The notes: generated by a model from the letters alone, not told the origin. 64,000 bases of DNA from Gammaproteobacteria bacterium (GCA_024644945.1 JAHEGU010000008.1:4868-68867), one strand, 5' to 3'. Counted from the first letter of the stretch, positions 30,524 through 40,155 are shown. Numbers and translations are program-made.

Positions 30524-32587
30524 CTAGTCCTCAGCCGGCTCCACCCAGACCGCGGTATCGTGAAACACCGCGCCACCATTAGGTGCGGCGGGCTCGGCGC
30601 TTATCAGCAAGTTAATCCCAATCCCCTCAGGAAACGCGCTGGCTGGCCATATCCCCTCTACTACAACCGTGTCGCGTTGCATGTTTTTGAGCACATTCAC
30701 GGTGACGGTTACGCTTCCCTTTTGGTTACCAATCCGGGCGAGGCGGCCCTGTTCAAGTTGATACTTCCTGGCCGTCTGCGGGTGAATTTTCAACCAGGGT
30801 TTCTTTTCTCTCTTGACGGACGACGGCGATTGATTAAAAGTGCTGTTGAGATAGCCTCTTGCAGGAGCGGCCACCAGACGAAGCGGATGCTCACTGTCCA
30901 TATTGTCAATTATGTCCCAGTGATCTGGCATTGCGGGCATTTCGATACCCCGCGGTCCGATGGAAGTCCAGTCGGGCGCAAACCGAAATTTTCTATCTGG
31001 CCATTCGAATCCGTTTAAAAAGTGCGCATCTTCGTACTCTGGCGCACAATCGAGAAAATGCTGCCGGGTGAACTCTTGTGCCGGGGGATAACCGGAGCTT
31101 TCCAGTGTCTCCGCGATCAATTCCTTTTCGCTCATGCAAAATCCTCGATAATCGGACCCTAGTCGCTGGCCAAGTTCGCAGATGAGTTCGTGATTTGACC
31201 GGCACTCACCGGGAGCATCAATGATTTTATCAGCGACCTGCAGAAAAGTTTGTCCATAGCTGCGGTAAAGGTCGTCGTGCTCTACAAAGCAGGTTGCGGG
31301 TAAAACCAGGTCCGCCATCTCCGCGGTTTCGGTCATGAATTGCTCATGCACGCACACAAACAGATCTCGCCGCAACAGTCCCTGTCTGACTTTTCCAAGA
31401 TCGGGTGCCACCAGCATCGGATTAGTATTCTGGATCAGCATAACCTTGACCGGAGGTCCTCCCTGTAAGGCGTTTGCGTTGCCGTTCAGTATCGCGCCAA
31501 TTTCTGACATATCGAGCACGCGTGCCGCAGGGGCGTCCTGGTCGAGCCCAAAGAACAGGGTGTCATCAATGTGGAAGCTGCCGCCAGTCGATAAAAGCGC
31601 ACCGCCCCCTTGATGCTGCCATGCGCCTGTCAATGCCGGCAGGCAGGAAACGGCGTGTATGTTCGCGGCTCCATTGCGGCTGCGCGAGAAACCGATACCA
31701 AGGCGGATATAACTCGACTTGGTTCCGCCGTACCATTCTGCAAGCGTTTCAATCTGTGCAATTGGCACATCACAGATGTCGGCTGCCCACTTTGGATCAC
31801 GGGCTGCAAGATGCTGTTCGAGTTCTGATGGTTGATCGGTATATTTCTCGAGGTAGTTTCGATCAACCATGTTGTTTTTAAAAAGCAGGTGCATGACTGC
31901 ACAGGCCAGTGCGCCGTCGGTACCCGGTCGCGGAGCAATATGAAGGTCGGCAATTTTAGCGGTGGGCGTTTCATACGGGTCAATCACGATCAGTCTGGCG
32001 CCTTGCTTTCGTGCCTTGCTGATATGATGCATGACATTGATCTGGGTAGCCGCCGCATTGCAGCCCCACAGGACTGCGAGCTCGCTCAGCGCAAGCTCTC
32101 TTGGGTCGGTTCCTCGCAAGGCACCTGTACCTGCCTGCCAACCGTCATATGCGATTTGCACACAGAAGGTCTTCTTAAGGCCAGAATAGCCAAACGCGTT
32201 AGCCAGTCTGATGATGCCATCGCGCTGCACCAGGCCCATAGTGCCGCCATAATAATAGGGCCATACGGATTCGGCACCGAACTCTGAAGCTGCCTGATTC
32301 AACTTACTCACCACCATGTCCAGTGCGGTTTTCCACTCGATAGGTTCGAAGCGCGCTGCTTCGGATTTTCCGGAGGTGCGGACCAGCGGTTGGGTCAGTC
32401 GTTGCGGGTGATGGGTGCGTTCTGCATATTTTGAAACCTTGGCACAAATTACGCCATCAGTATAGGCGTTATGGGGCGAGCCCCTGACTTTGCCTATTCG
32501 GTCAGTCGCTAGCTTCTCGACCTCCAGGGAGCATGCCGAGGGACAGTCATGAGGGCATGTGCTATTGTGCCAGCTGGCTAGCTCCAC
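30524..32587 (-). CDS. molybdopterin (bis-MGD) oxidoreductase, MopB superfamily, cytoplasmic type
   Basis: 687 aa with a GTG start. N-terminal Fe-S motif CPHDCPSAC, no Tat signal, and a C-terminal molybdopterin dinucleotide-binding barrel. Confidence 0.85.
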   Translation of the reverse strand: MELASWHNSTCPHDCPSACSLEVEKLATDRIGKVRGSPHNAYTDGVICAKVSKYAERTHHPQRLTQPLVRTSGKSEAARFEPIEWKTALDMVVSKLNQAASEFGAESVWPYYYGGTMGLVQRDGIIRLANAFGYSGLKKTFCVQIAYDGWQAGTGALRGTDPRELALSELAVLWGCNAAATQINVMHHISKARKQGARLIVIDPYETPTAKIADLHIAPRPGTDGALACAVMHLLFKNNMVDRNYLEKYTDQPSELEQHLAARDPKWAADICDVPIAQIETLAEWYGGTKSSYIRLGIGFSRSRNGAANIHAVSCLPALTGAWQHQGGGALLSTGGSFHIDDTLFFGLDQDAPAARVLDMSEIGAILNGNANALQGGPPVKVMLIQNTNPMLVAPDLGKVRQGLLRRDLFVCVHEQFMTETAEMADLVLPATCFVEHDDLYRSYGQTFLQVADKIIDAPGECRSNHELICELGQRLGSDYRGFCMSEKELIAETLESSGYPPAQEFTRQHFLDCAPEYEDAHFLNGFEWPDRKFRFAPDWTSIGPRGIEMPAMPDHWDIIDNMDSEHPLRLVAAPARGYLNSTFNQSPSSVKREKKPWLKIHPQTARKYQLEQGRLARIGNQKGSVTVTVNVLKNMQRDTVVVEGIWPASAFPEGIGINLLISAEPAAPNGGAVFHDTAVWVEPAED

Positions 32588-32597
32588 GGTATTGCTA

Positions 32598-34439
32598 TCA
32601 GAGGTTGCTGACGTCTCTAACGGCCCCGTTAGCGGCGCTGGTAGCGAGTAAGCCGTAGGCTTTCAGTGCAGTGCTGACCTGGCGCTCTCGATTCGGCTTC
32701 CAGGCCTCCCGGCCTTTTGAGATCATCTCGGCGCGTCTTTGTTCGATGGTTTCTTCATTCACTGCAAGGTGAATACTTCGAGCAGGAATATCAATTTCGA
32801 TGATGTCGTTTTCCTGCACTAATCCTATTAATCCGCCATTAGCAGCTTCGGGCGAAATATGCCCGATTGACAACCCCGATGATCCACCAGAAAATCGGCC
32901 ATCGGTAATCAACGCACAGACTTTACCCAGATTCTTCGATTTCAAATAGGAGGTAGGGTAAAGCATTTCCTGCATGCCCGGTCCTCCTTTAGGACCCTCA
33001 TACCGAACTACTACTACGTCCCCAGGCTCGATTTTGTTACCTAGAATACCCTCGACAGCGGCTTCCTGGCTTTCGAAGATGCGCGCACGACCGTTAAAAG
33101 TGAGGATGCTCTCATCGACACCCGCGGTCTTGACGATACAGCCCTCTTCGGCCAGGTTGCCATAGAGCACGGCCAGACCACCATCCTGACTGTAGGCGTG
33201 CCGCTGATCGCGAATGCAGCCCTTTTCTCGGTCTGTATCCAAAGATTTATAGAGCATGCTTTGACTGAAGGCGACCTGAGTGGGTACTCCTCCCGGAGCC
33301 GCTCTGAAAAAGTCCTTGCGCTTATTGTCCTCGGTTAGACGAACATCCCATAACGCAATGGCTTCCGCCATAGTCTGCTCGTGCACAGTGCGAACATCTC
33401 GATTGAGCAGGTTGGCGCGGTCCAGTTCACCCAGGATTGCCATAACGCCACCAGCACGGTGAACGTCTTCCACATGATAATCCGGCGTAGCCGGCGCGAC
33501 TTTGCAAAGATTCGGCACTTGGCGGCTCAGACGATCAATATCTGACATGGTGAAATCGATCTCTCCTTCTCGCGCGGCGGCCAGCAGGTGTAAAACCGTA
33601 TTGGTAGAACCTCCCATCGCAATGTCAAGGCACATCGCATTTTCGAAAGCTGCAAAGTTGGCGATTGAACGAGGCAACACGCTGTAGTCATCGTTCTCAT
33701 AGTGTGACTTTGCCAGAGCAACTATCATTCGACCTGCTTCAAGGAAGAGTCTTTCCCTTTCACTGTGTGTCGCAACCAGTGTACCGTTTCCGGGTAGTGA
33801 CAGTCCTAAAGCTTCTGTAAGGCAGTTCATGGAATTTGCGGTGAACATTCCCGAGCAAGATCCGCAGGTCGGGCACGCCGACCTTTCCATTGCCTCGGAC
33901 TCATCGTCGCTGACATTATCGTCCGCCGCGACAATCATGGCATCTATCAGATCGACCGAGCGGTCATGGTCCCTCCAGGTCACTTTACCCGCTTCCATCG
34001 GGCCGCCAGAAACGAAAATTGCCGGGATGTTGAGGCGCATTGCCGCCATCAGCATGCCGGGAGTGATCTTGTCACAATTGGAAATACATACCAGCGCATC
34101 GGCGCAGTGCGCATTGACCATATACTCCACTGAATCGGCGATAATTTCCCTGGAAGGCAGGGAGTACAGCATGCCTCCATGGCCCATGGCGATACCGTCA
34201 TCAACCGCAATAGTGTTGAACTCTTTAGCCACTCCACCGGCTTTTTCAATTTCCCGCGCAACCAGTTGACCCATGTCCTTAAGGTGCACATGACCCGGAA
34301 CAAATTGAGTAAACGAATTTGATACAGCGATAATTGGTTTATTGAAATCCTCGTCGGTCATGCCAGTTGCGCGCCATAAAGCGCGTGCTCCAGCCATGGT
34401 GCGTCCGCGAGTAGTTGTCCAGGATCGATAGTCAGGCAT
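32598..34439 (-). CDS. ilvD: dihydroxy-acid dehydratase
   Basis: 613 aa from MPDYRS. Motifs [25 protein letters not shown] and GRFSGG. Confidence 0.95.
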   Translation of the reverse strand: MPDYRSWTTTRGRTMAGARALWRATGMTDEDFNKPIIAVSNSFTQFVPGHVHLKDMGQLVAREIEKAGGVAKEFNTIAVDDGIAMGHGGMLYSLPSREIIADSVEYMVNAHCADALVCISNCDKITPGMLMAAMRLNIPAIFVSGGPMEAGKVTWRDHDRSVDLIDAMIVAADDNVSDDESEAMERSACPTCGSCSGMFTANSMNCLTEALGLSLPGNGTLVATHSERERLFLEAGRMIVALAKSHYENDDYSVLPRSIANFAAFENAMCLDIAMGGSTNTVLHLLAAAREGEIDFTMSDIDRLSRQVPNLCKVAPATPDYHVEDVHRAGGVMAILGELDRANLLNRDVRTVHEQTMAEAIALWDVRLTEDNKRKDFFRAAPGGVPTQVAFSQSMLYKSLDTDREKGCIRDQRHAYSQDGGLAVLYGNLAEEGCIVKTAGVDESILTFNGRARIFESQEAAVEGILGNKIEPGDVVVVRYEGPKGGPGMQEMLYPTSYLKSKNLGKVCALITDGRFSGGSSGLSIGHISPEAANGGLIGLVQENDIIEIDIPARSIHLAVNEETIEQRRAEMISKGREAWKPNRERQVSTALKAYGLLATSAANGAVRDVSNL

Positions 34440-34575
34440 GATGAGAGTCCAGCTGCTGTAAATATAATGGTAAATTTTTTCGAGGCACAATCTTATCAAA
34501 TTACCTGGGGTTGCGACCTACCACCGTGCAATGTGTGGTACGCTTCGCTCCCAGGTATTCAACAGAACCTGGATA

Positions 34576-35061
34576 ATGAAAAGACTTTTTCACTTTGCAG
34601 TTGCCTTGATATTCCTGAACTTGGTTGCATGCGGAGGAGGGGGCGACGGTGGCAGTTCTAATGGCGCGGGATCTGCTTCAGGATCCAGCCCAAGCGTCAA
34701 TTCTGCAGACCTCGCTAAATTTGCCGGTACCTATACCGGAACAATTACCGCGACCGCAAATGTAGACGGCAAATCGGAAACTCTGAGCCGGCAAATCACC
34801 TTTGTGGTATCTGAGGATGGCGACACGATTAGCGTGCAAGGAGAAACGTTTCCATTAACCAGTCAAAACTTCGAAATAACTGTGCCCCTTCAGATTACAA
34901 ATGGCGATATTAACTGTATTTTTCTCGATGCCATATTCAAAGGTACGATAAGAGAGAATCAGATTTCGGGGACGATAAGCGGTGCAACTGAGTGCCTGGT
35001 AGGTGGCACTAAAAAAGTCCCAGGCGAAATTTCTGGCTATTCGGGGGCAACCAGAATCTAG
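34576..35061 (+). CDS. lipoprotein, function unknown
   Basis: Start at MKRLFHFAVALIFLNLVAC (lipobox LVAC), followed by a Gly/Ser linker. Confidence 0.6.
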   Translation: MKRLFHFAVALIFLNLVACGGGGDGGSSNGAGSASGSSPSVNSADLAKFAGTYTGTITATANVDGKSETLSRQITFVVSEDGDTISVQGETFPLTSQNFEITVPLQITNGDINCIFLDAIFKGTIRENQISGTISGATECLVGGTKKVPGEISGYSGATRI

Positions 35062-35193
35062 TGAGAAGCCAGCCGCTTACTATCAACCTATCACCATTAT
35101 AAATATCGCATCGAATCGAACTCGCCTTGCTATAAGGTGCGGGTGATGTGGCTGTGCCTATGTGGAATAAGAGAATTTCGGTCCGGTGGAGAT

Positions 35194-36327
35194 CTATTGC
35201 CCGTTTGATACCAACTGTTTTAACTCCTGGTCCAGCCGATCGAGAATCTCGTCATACTTAAAAGCGCCTACTTTTTCTCCCTGTCGTTTTAAATTGACAT
35301 AATTGGGGCCGCACCACAGTCCTAAATCAGCATCGTCTGTTTCTCCAGGGCCGTTTACTCTGCAACCCATTACAGCGATGGTAACGGCATGTTGTTCAGC
35401 CCAGGATGTACGCTCCTGGACCTTGTGGGCAAGATCGATAAAAGCCTCATTTTCTACCCTGGAACAGCTAGGACAACTGATCAGGTTGAGCCGGTCGGCA
35501 TTAAAGTGCACCACCGTTCGGACTCTACCGGCATTAATATCATCGAGTATCCCTCTACCAGCCTCGATTTCTTCATATTTACGCTCATAGGGCAGAGTAA
35601 GAGAAACCCGTATGGTGTCTCCAATCCCTTTACCAATCAATTGCTCGAAAGCGATTCGCGTCTTTTCTACACCCATGGGCGGTATACCGGCTTCGGTTAC
35701 ACCGAGATGAAGGGGTATATCGGGTCGTACCTCGGCAAATCGCAGGTAGGCATCAACCGTCTTGGCAGGATCTGAATCCTTAAGCGACACGCAATATCTG
35801 GTGTACCCCAGATGGTCCAGCCAATCGCTATGCTCCAGGGCGCTTTCGACCATAGGGATGATCGAATCATCATCGGCATAACGTGCCGCTTTGTCGGGGT
35901 CCACAGAACCGGCATTGACCCCGACGCGCATGGCACAATCATGCTTAACTGCAATATCTGCCAGGTAAGCTACCTTTTCTTTCCACGGTTTCTTGCGCTC
36001 ATGATGATAAAGATGACCTGGGTTATAACGAATCTTATCGACATGGGGTGCAAGCACTTCAGCCAGACGATAGTTTTCCTGCAGATCGACGCTCAATACT
36101 GCATCGGTTTCATCGCGCAACTGAATCAAGGCCGCAGCGTCTTTCTTGTTGTCCGCTGCGATTCTGATAATATCCGCGCCAGCTTTTTCTAAGGATCGCA
36201 GTTGACCCAGTGTGGCATTAATATCCGTAGTCGGTGTGGCACACATACTCTGCACTGCAATGGGATGACCCTGACCAATAGTAATGTTTCCGATCTTGAC
36301 CGGGCGAGTGGGATTACGTTGAATCAT
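35194..36327 (-). CDS. ispG: 4-hydroxy-3-methylbut-2-en-1-yl diphosphate synthase
   Basis: 377 aa. Collinear with GcpE, with Fe-S cysteines at CPSCSR and GCRVNGPGE. Confidence 0.95.
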   Translation of the reverse strand: MIQRNPTRPVKIGNITIGQGHPIAVQSMCATPTTDINATLGQLRSLEKAGADIIRIAADNKKDAAALIQLRDETDAVLSVDLQENYRLAEVLAPHVDKIRYNPGHLYHHERKKPWKEKVAYLADIAVKHDCAMRVGVNAGSVDPDKAARYADDDSIIPMVESALEHSDWLDHLGYTRYCVSLKDSDPAKTVDAYLRFAEVRPDIPLHLGVTEAGIPPMGVEKTRIAFEQLIGKGIGDTIRVSLTLPYERKYEEIEAGRGILDDINAGRVRTVVHFNADRLNLISCPSCSRVENEAFIDLAHKVQERTSWAEQHAVTIAVMGCRVNGPGETDDADLGLWCGPNYVNLKRQGEKVGAFKYDEILDRLDQELKQLVSNGQ

Positions 36328-36438
36328 TCAGGTGGTAAATTGCATAAGCGAGAGGGGTCGCTACCCTATCGCGTCTTTGAAAATGGCGCAACTCTATGAT
36401 GTCTCCACGGATCCATATAACCGTTTTAATGATACCTC

Positions 36439-37224
36439 TTGAAAATTGATATCGAATCTCTGAACGACCAGCTTGCAAATACAAATTGCCCAGCTGCTGG
36501 CAAAATAGTCTGGTTCAATCGAGTCGCCTCAACCAATGACTACATTATGGATCTGAATGATTTTCATGCTGTAGTGTGCCTCGCAGGGCTGCAGATTTCA
36601 GGGCGCGGCCGGCGTGGCAACAGCTGGCAGGCACCCTATGCAAGCAGCATTCTGATGTCGATAGGTTGGCGCATTGACCAGGCCAACATCAGTGGGCTGT
36701 CTCTCGCTTGTGGGATTGCCGTTGGGCGTGCTTTGAAGGCGATCGGTGTAAGTGGCGTCTCCCTCAAGTGGCCCAATGACTTGCTTTTGAGAGGCGCCAA
36801 ATTTGCCGGCATTCTGGTTGAACTTGCTGACGATAAATGTGTGGTGGGATTAGGTGTGAACATAAATATTAAGGAAGACCAATTTCAGTCTCCTATGGAA
36901 ACGTCTACACCTTGGACAGACCTTTATCGTGAGGGCTATAACATTGATTATCAGGCGCTGGTCTGTCAGCTGATTACGAAGCTGTGTGATACTCTTGGAC
37001 GCTTCTCAAAAGAGGGATTTGCTCCGTTTGTTGAAGAGTGGAATCAAAATCATCTTTTTCACTTGCGACAAGTGAAGGTGTGCGGACAGCAAACGGTCAG
37101 CGGACGAGTTTACGGGGTAAGTGAACAAGGTGGATTGATGCTCGAAACCAATTCCGGTATTCAAGTATTCTATTCAGGTGATGTTTCCTTGATTCCCGCG
37201 CCAGGAACCGGGACGCAAGAATGA
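36439..37224 (+). CDS. birA: biotin-[acetyl-CoA-carboxylase] ligase, short form without N-terminal HTH
   Basis: 261 aa. GRGRRGNSW biotin/ATP motif and KWPND motif. TTG start assumed. Conserved position upstream of coaX and the tRNA-tufB cluster. Confidence 0.75.
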   Translation: MKIDIESLNDQLANTNCPAAGKIVWFNRVASTNDYIMDLNDFHAVVCLAGLQISGRGRRGNSWQAPYASSILMSIGWRIDQANISGLSLACGIAVGRALKAIGVSGVSLKWPNDLLLRGAKFAGILVELADDKCVVGLGVNINIKEDQFQSPMETSTPWTDLYREGYNIDYQALVCQLITKLCDTLGRFSKEGFAPFVEEWNQNHLFHLRQVKVCGQQTVSGRVYGVSEQGGLMLETNSGIQVFYSGDVSLIPAPGTGTQE

Positions 37225-38057
37225 GCCCCACATTGCTGATCGACATGGGAAACCAGCGCCTTAAGTGGGCAATGCTGGATATTTCGCCTGGTCAGAGTGT
37301 CGGTGAACTATTGTCTGGTTTAGAGAAGCATAACGGTATCGTGGATATCGCAGACAGCGCTGATAGCATGTTTCAACGATCTCGGTTTGAAGAGGTCGTT
37401 CAACACGCAGGGATTCCAGCCCGGGTGTTTGTAAGTTGCGTCAGTGCACAGCAAGCTTGGGAAGAACTCGATCAATTGAGTTTCGATTCCTGGCAAATTA
37501 GGCCAGTAAGGGTCAATTCTGAGGCAACCAGAATCGGCTTGACTAACCAGTATGCCGATCCCACCCAACTTGGATCTGATCGTTGGCTGGCTGCTGTGGC
37601 GGGATATCAGCTTGTGTGCAAAGAGCGTAACAAGCAAGCGGTTATCATAGTCGATGCGGGCACCGCCGTTACGGTTGATCTAGTGGATGCCCACCAGTTT
37701 AAAGGTGGCGCCATTCTTCCGGGCGTGGCTATGATGATAAAGGCACTGGGAAACTCCACCGGTATGATCGATATAGATATATCCACTGTATCGCAGCATG
37801 TTGAAGCACTGCGATATCCAGATGTTGTGGCGGTTACCAGTGATGCAGCGGTGCAGGCGGGCACGCTTGCCTCGGTTGCCGGCGGGGTGGAGCGCTGCCT
37901 CGGACAGATGCACCAAGTCTGCGATGGATCTGTTGATGTGTTGATCACAGGAGGTGATGCTAGACTGGTTACTTCGATGATTGACTACCCTTGTGAAATT
38001 GTTCCGCGGCTGGTGCTCGCTGGCTTGGCCTTGATTGCAATGGGGGAACTGGAATGA
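37221..38057 (+). CDS. coaX: type III pantothenate kinase
   Basis: 278 aa. N-terminal LLIDMGNQRLKWA (ASKHA fold) and DAGTAVTVD. The ATGA overlap with birA and the position match the Pseudomonas-type birA-coaX arrangement. Confidence 0.8.
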   Translation: MSPTLLIDMGNQRLKWAMLDISPGQSVGELLSGLEKHNGIVDIADSADSMFQRSRFEEVVQHAGIPARVFVSCVSAQQAWEELDQLSFDSWQIRPVRVNSEATRIGLTNQYADPTQLGSDRWLAAVAGYQLVCKERNKQAVIIVDAGTAVTVDLVDAHQFKGGAILPGVAMMIKALGNSTGMIDIDISTVSQHVEALRYPDVVAVTSDAAVQAGTLASVAGGVERCLGQMHQVCDGSVDVLITGGDARLVTSMIDYPCEIVPRLVLAGLALIAMGELE

Positions 38058-38938
38058 AGTGGGTAGCTGCAGTGTTGATGATTGTCAACGTCGTAATATT
38101 CCTGGGCGTAAGTGATCGGCAGGTTGAATCAGCTTTCCGGGGAAACGATTTCAAACCGGACGTCAATCGAGAGAGTATGATGCTTCTGCAGGAAACATTA
38201 CCGATAAACTCAGGTGATCCGGAATTGCAGGGCCCTGACGAAGCACGGTCTCCCACGCTGGTCACAGCTCCCGACGTCTCTTCCGATTCCGATTTGCAAA
38301 CCGTTGCAATAGAAGCCAATGAGCTGGCTATGGTTGATGTCGATCTAGTTGAAGTCGATATCAATCACGATGTCAATATTACAGTAACAGAAGGGGCGGT
38401 GCCTGATTCAAGCTCTGAGCCGAGTGAGGATACTCAAGAGGGACGCGAAATCGTTCTGGCTGCCCCGCCGGGTCAGTTCTCTTGCTATCGAGTGGGGCCA
38501 TTCAAAGACAAGTCCATATGGCGCGGTGCAAGACAGTGGGTCACAGACCAAGGCCTCGAATTTGTCGCGGTACGGAGTGAAAGCAGGGAATTGAGGGCCG
38601 TACGTGTTTATGTTGGGCCATTTGACTCGATTAATGCGGCGCAGCAGGATGTCGACAGGCTGGATAACAAGGAGCTTGATTTCTTCGTATATCTTCGGGA
38701 TAACGGGGAGGCTCGAATATCACTTGGTTATTTCACTCAGGAAGAGCTCGCGGCGAAGTTTGTAGCCTATCTATCGACTCAGGATATTGAGGCTAAATCG
38801 CAACCTGAATATCGCACTCTCGGCCCTTTTGACTGGATGGATATCAAGGTAAAAAGTACCTCTCGCTGGGACTTGCTGGAGCGGGATTGGCAGGATGCTG
38901 GAGTAAAGATTACTGAGCGGCAATGTACTTCGGGTTGA
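38054..38938 (+). CDS. membrane-anchored SPOR-domain protein
   Basis: 294 aa. N-terminal TM segment, an acidic linker, and C-terminal SPOR-like repeats (YRVGPF...VYVGPF...SLGYF). ATGA overlap with coaX. Confidence 0.6.
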   Translation: MKWVAAVLMIVNVVIFLGVSDRQVESAFRGNDFKPDVNRESMMLLQETLPINSGDPELQGPDEARSPTLVTAPDVSSDSDLQTVAIEANELAMVDVDLVEVDINHDVNITVTEGAVPDSSSEPSEDTQEGREIVLAAPPGQFSCYRVGPFKDKSIWRGARQWVTDQGLEFVAVRSESRELRAVRVYVGPFDSINAAQQDVDRLDNKELDFFVYLRDNGEARISLGYFTQEELAAKFVAYLSTQDIEAKSQPEYRTLGPFDWMDIKVKSTSRWDLLERDWQDAGVKITERQCTSG

Positions 38939-39045
38939 ATCCTTTACAAAGTGGCGGAATCAAACAGGTTTTTAGGATTTGTATGTCTGCTCGCGTGCCT
39001 CCGAAATCGGCTCCGCATTGGTGAGCTGAAATTGCTGTTTCGGCA

Positions 39046-39075
39046 TTGCAATTAACGTGCCAATTTGAGTAAAAT
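39046..39075 (+). promoter_or_regulatory. candidate sigma-70 promoter of the tRNA-tufB operon
   Basis: TTGCAA - 18 nt - TAAAAT, followed by a GC-rich discriminator (CGCGCTCC) as in stringently controlled stable-RNA promoters. It lies ~120 nt upstream of the first tRNA. Confidence 0.4.
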
Positions 39076-39196
39076 CGCGCTCCATTTTGTGTAACGGTTT
39101 GTGAGCAGGCCAATGCGTCGGTCAGCGGTGGTGATTTGATAACTATCCCTTCTCGATAAGTCATTGTTTTTCAGATATTTTTTCGTTTTTTAGTTA

Positions 39197-39589
39197 GCCC
39201 GCATAGCTCAGTTGGCTAGAGCAGCTGATTTGTAAAATTGCACCTTTTCGGGGAAACCCGGGAAGTGGAGGTGGCTAAAACGGGGAAACCTTCCCGGGTG
39301 GTTGTTAAAACGGTCCAATCCGACCGTCAATTTCACAACGTTACCCGATTGGCAATCCCGTGCTACCCCGGTTCGAAGTTGATGAGACCTTAAGGTTCTC
39401 CAATACCTTGGATTGGGGGAGTGTAGAGACTTTACACCACCCACCTGCAGCCCGAATGGTCGGGTATGGTGAAGAGAAAGTCCAGACCCCAAACCCAAAA
39501 CACGCCTTCTGGGGGCGGTAACGGGGCCGCGAAAGCGGTGGTAGGTAAGAATCAGCCGGTCGGGGGTTCGAGTCCCTCTGCGGGCTCCA
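39197..39589 (+). tRNA. thrU: tRNA-Thr(UGU) interrupted by a 316-nt intron between positions 36 and 37
   Basis: Exon 1 (39197-39233) and exon 2 (39550-39589) join into a perfect 77-nt cloverleaf: 7-bp acceptor GCCCGCA/TGCGGGC, D stem GCTC/GAGC, anticodon stem GCTGA/TCAGC, loop TTTGTAA, T arm GGGGG-TTCGAGT-CCCTC, and an encoded CCA. The position matches thrU of the E. coli thrU-tyrU-glyT-thrT-tufB operon. Confidence 0.85.
39234..39549 (+). ncRNA. group I intron (IC3-like), ORF-less
   Basis: The 5' exon ends in U and the intron ends in G. GCA at 39240-39242 can form P1 with UGU, including the G.U wobble. The core strings GGCAATCCCGTGCTA (39351-39365) and GTGTAGAGACTTTACACCACCCACCT...GGGTATGG (39421-39469) resemble the Azoarcus and cyanobacterial tRNA intron cores. 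GAAA-tetraloop hairpins lie at 39249-39260 and 39527-39538. Confidence 0.8.
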
Positions 39590-39714
39590 CTAGAAGCGGA
39601 TATCGCTTGGCTGAAACGGATGGGTGTATCGTGAAACGCAGCACGAAGTGGCTGTCGGGAAACCGGCCTGAATGGTCCTGCAGCGACTGGTCGCAAATGG
39701 ATCGAAAAGTTGTT

Positions 39715-39799
39715 GGAGGGGTTCCCGAGCGGTCAAAGGGGGCAGACTGTAAATCTGCTGGCTCAGCCTTCGGAGGTTCGAATCCTCCCCCCTCCACCA
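39715..39799 (+). tRNA. tyrU: tRNA-Tyr(GUA), long variable arm, CCA encoded
   Basis: GGAGGGG...CCCCTCC acceptor stem, anticodon arm GCAGA-CTGTAAA-TCTGC, T loop TTCGAAT. Nearly collinear with E. coli tRNA-Tyr. Confidence 0.95.
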
Positions 39800-39852
39800 C
39801 CGCCGCGGTGTGTGTGAGAAAAGCGCGCAGTTCGGCGTGATTGTATAGAAGT

Positions 39853-39927
39853 GCGGGTGTAGTTCAACGGCTAGAACCTCAGCCTTCCAAGCTGATGATG
39901 TGGGTTCGATTCCCATCACCCGCTCCA
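39853..39927 (+). tRNA. glyT: tRNA-Gly(UCC)
   Basis: GCGGGTG/CACCCGC acceptor stem, anticodon arm TCAGC-CTTCCAA-GCTGA, T loop TTCGATT, CCA encoded. Confidence 0.95.
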
Positions 39928-39958
39928 TGGTTGGAATAGTTTTTGAGAGAGTTGCGAC

Positions 39959-40034
<76 letters not shown>

Positions 40035-40155
40035 TAAAAGGGCCGCGGTTGCAGTTAGCGCAGGTGCTAGGTGTTAGTAGTTATTCTTGGGATTTGATGG
40101 TCCAAGGTGACAGAATTTTTATCAGGAATGGGATCTTAATCGAGCGAGATTAGCA

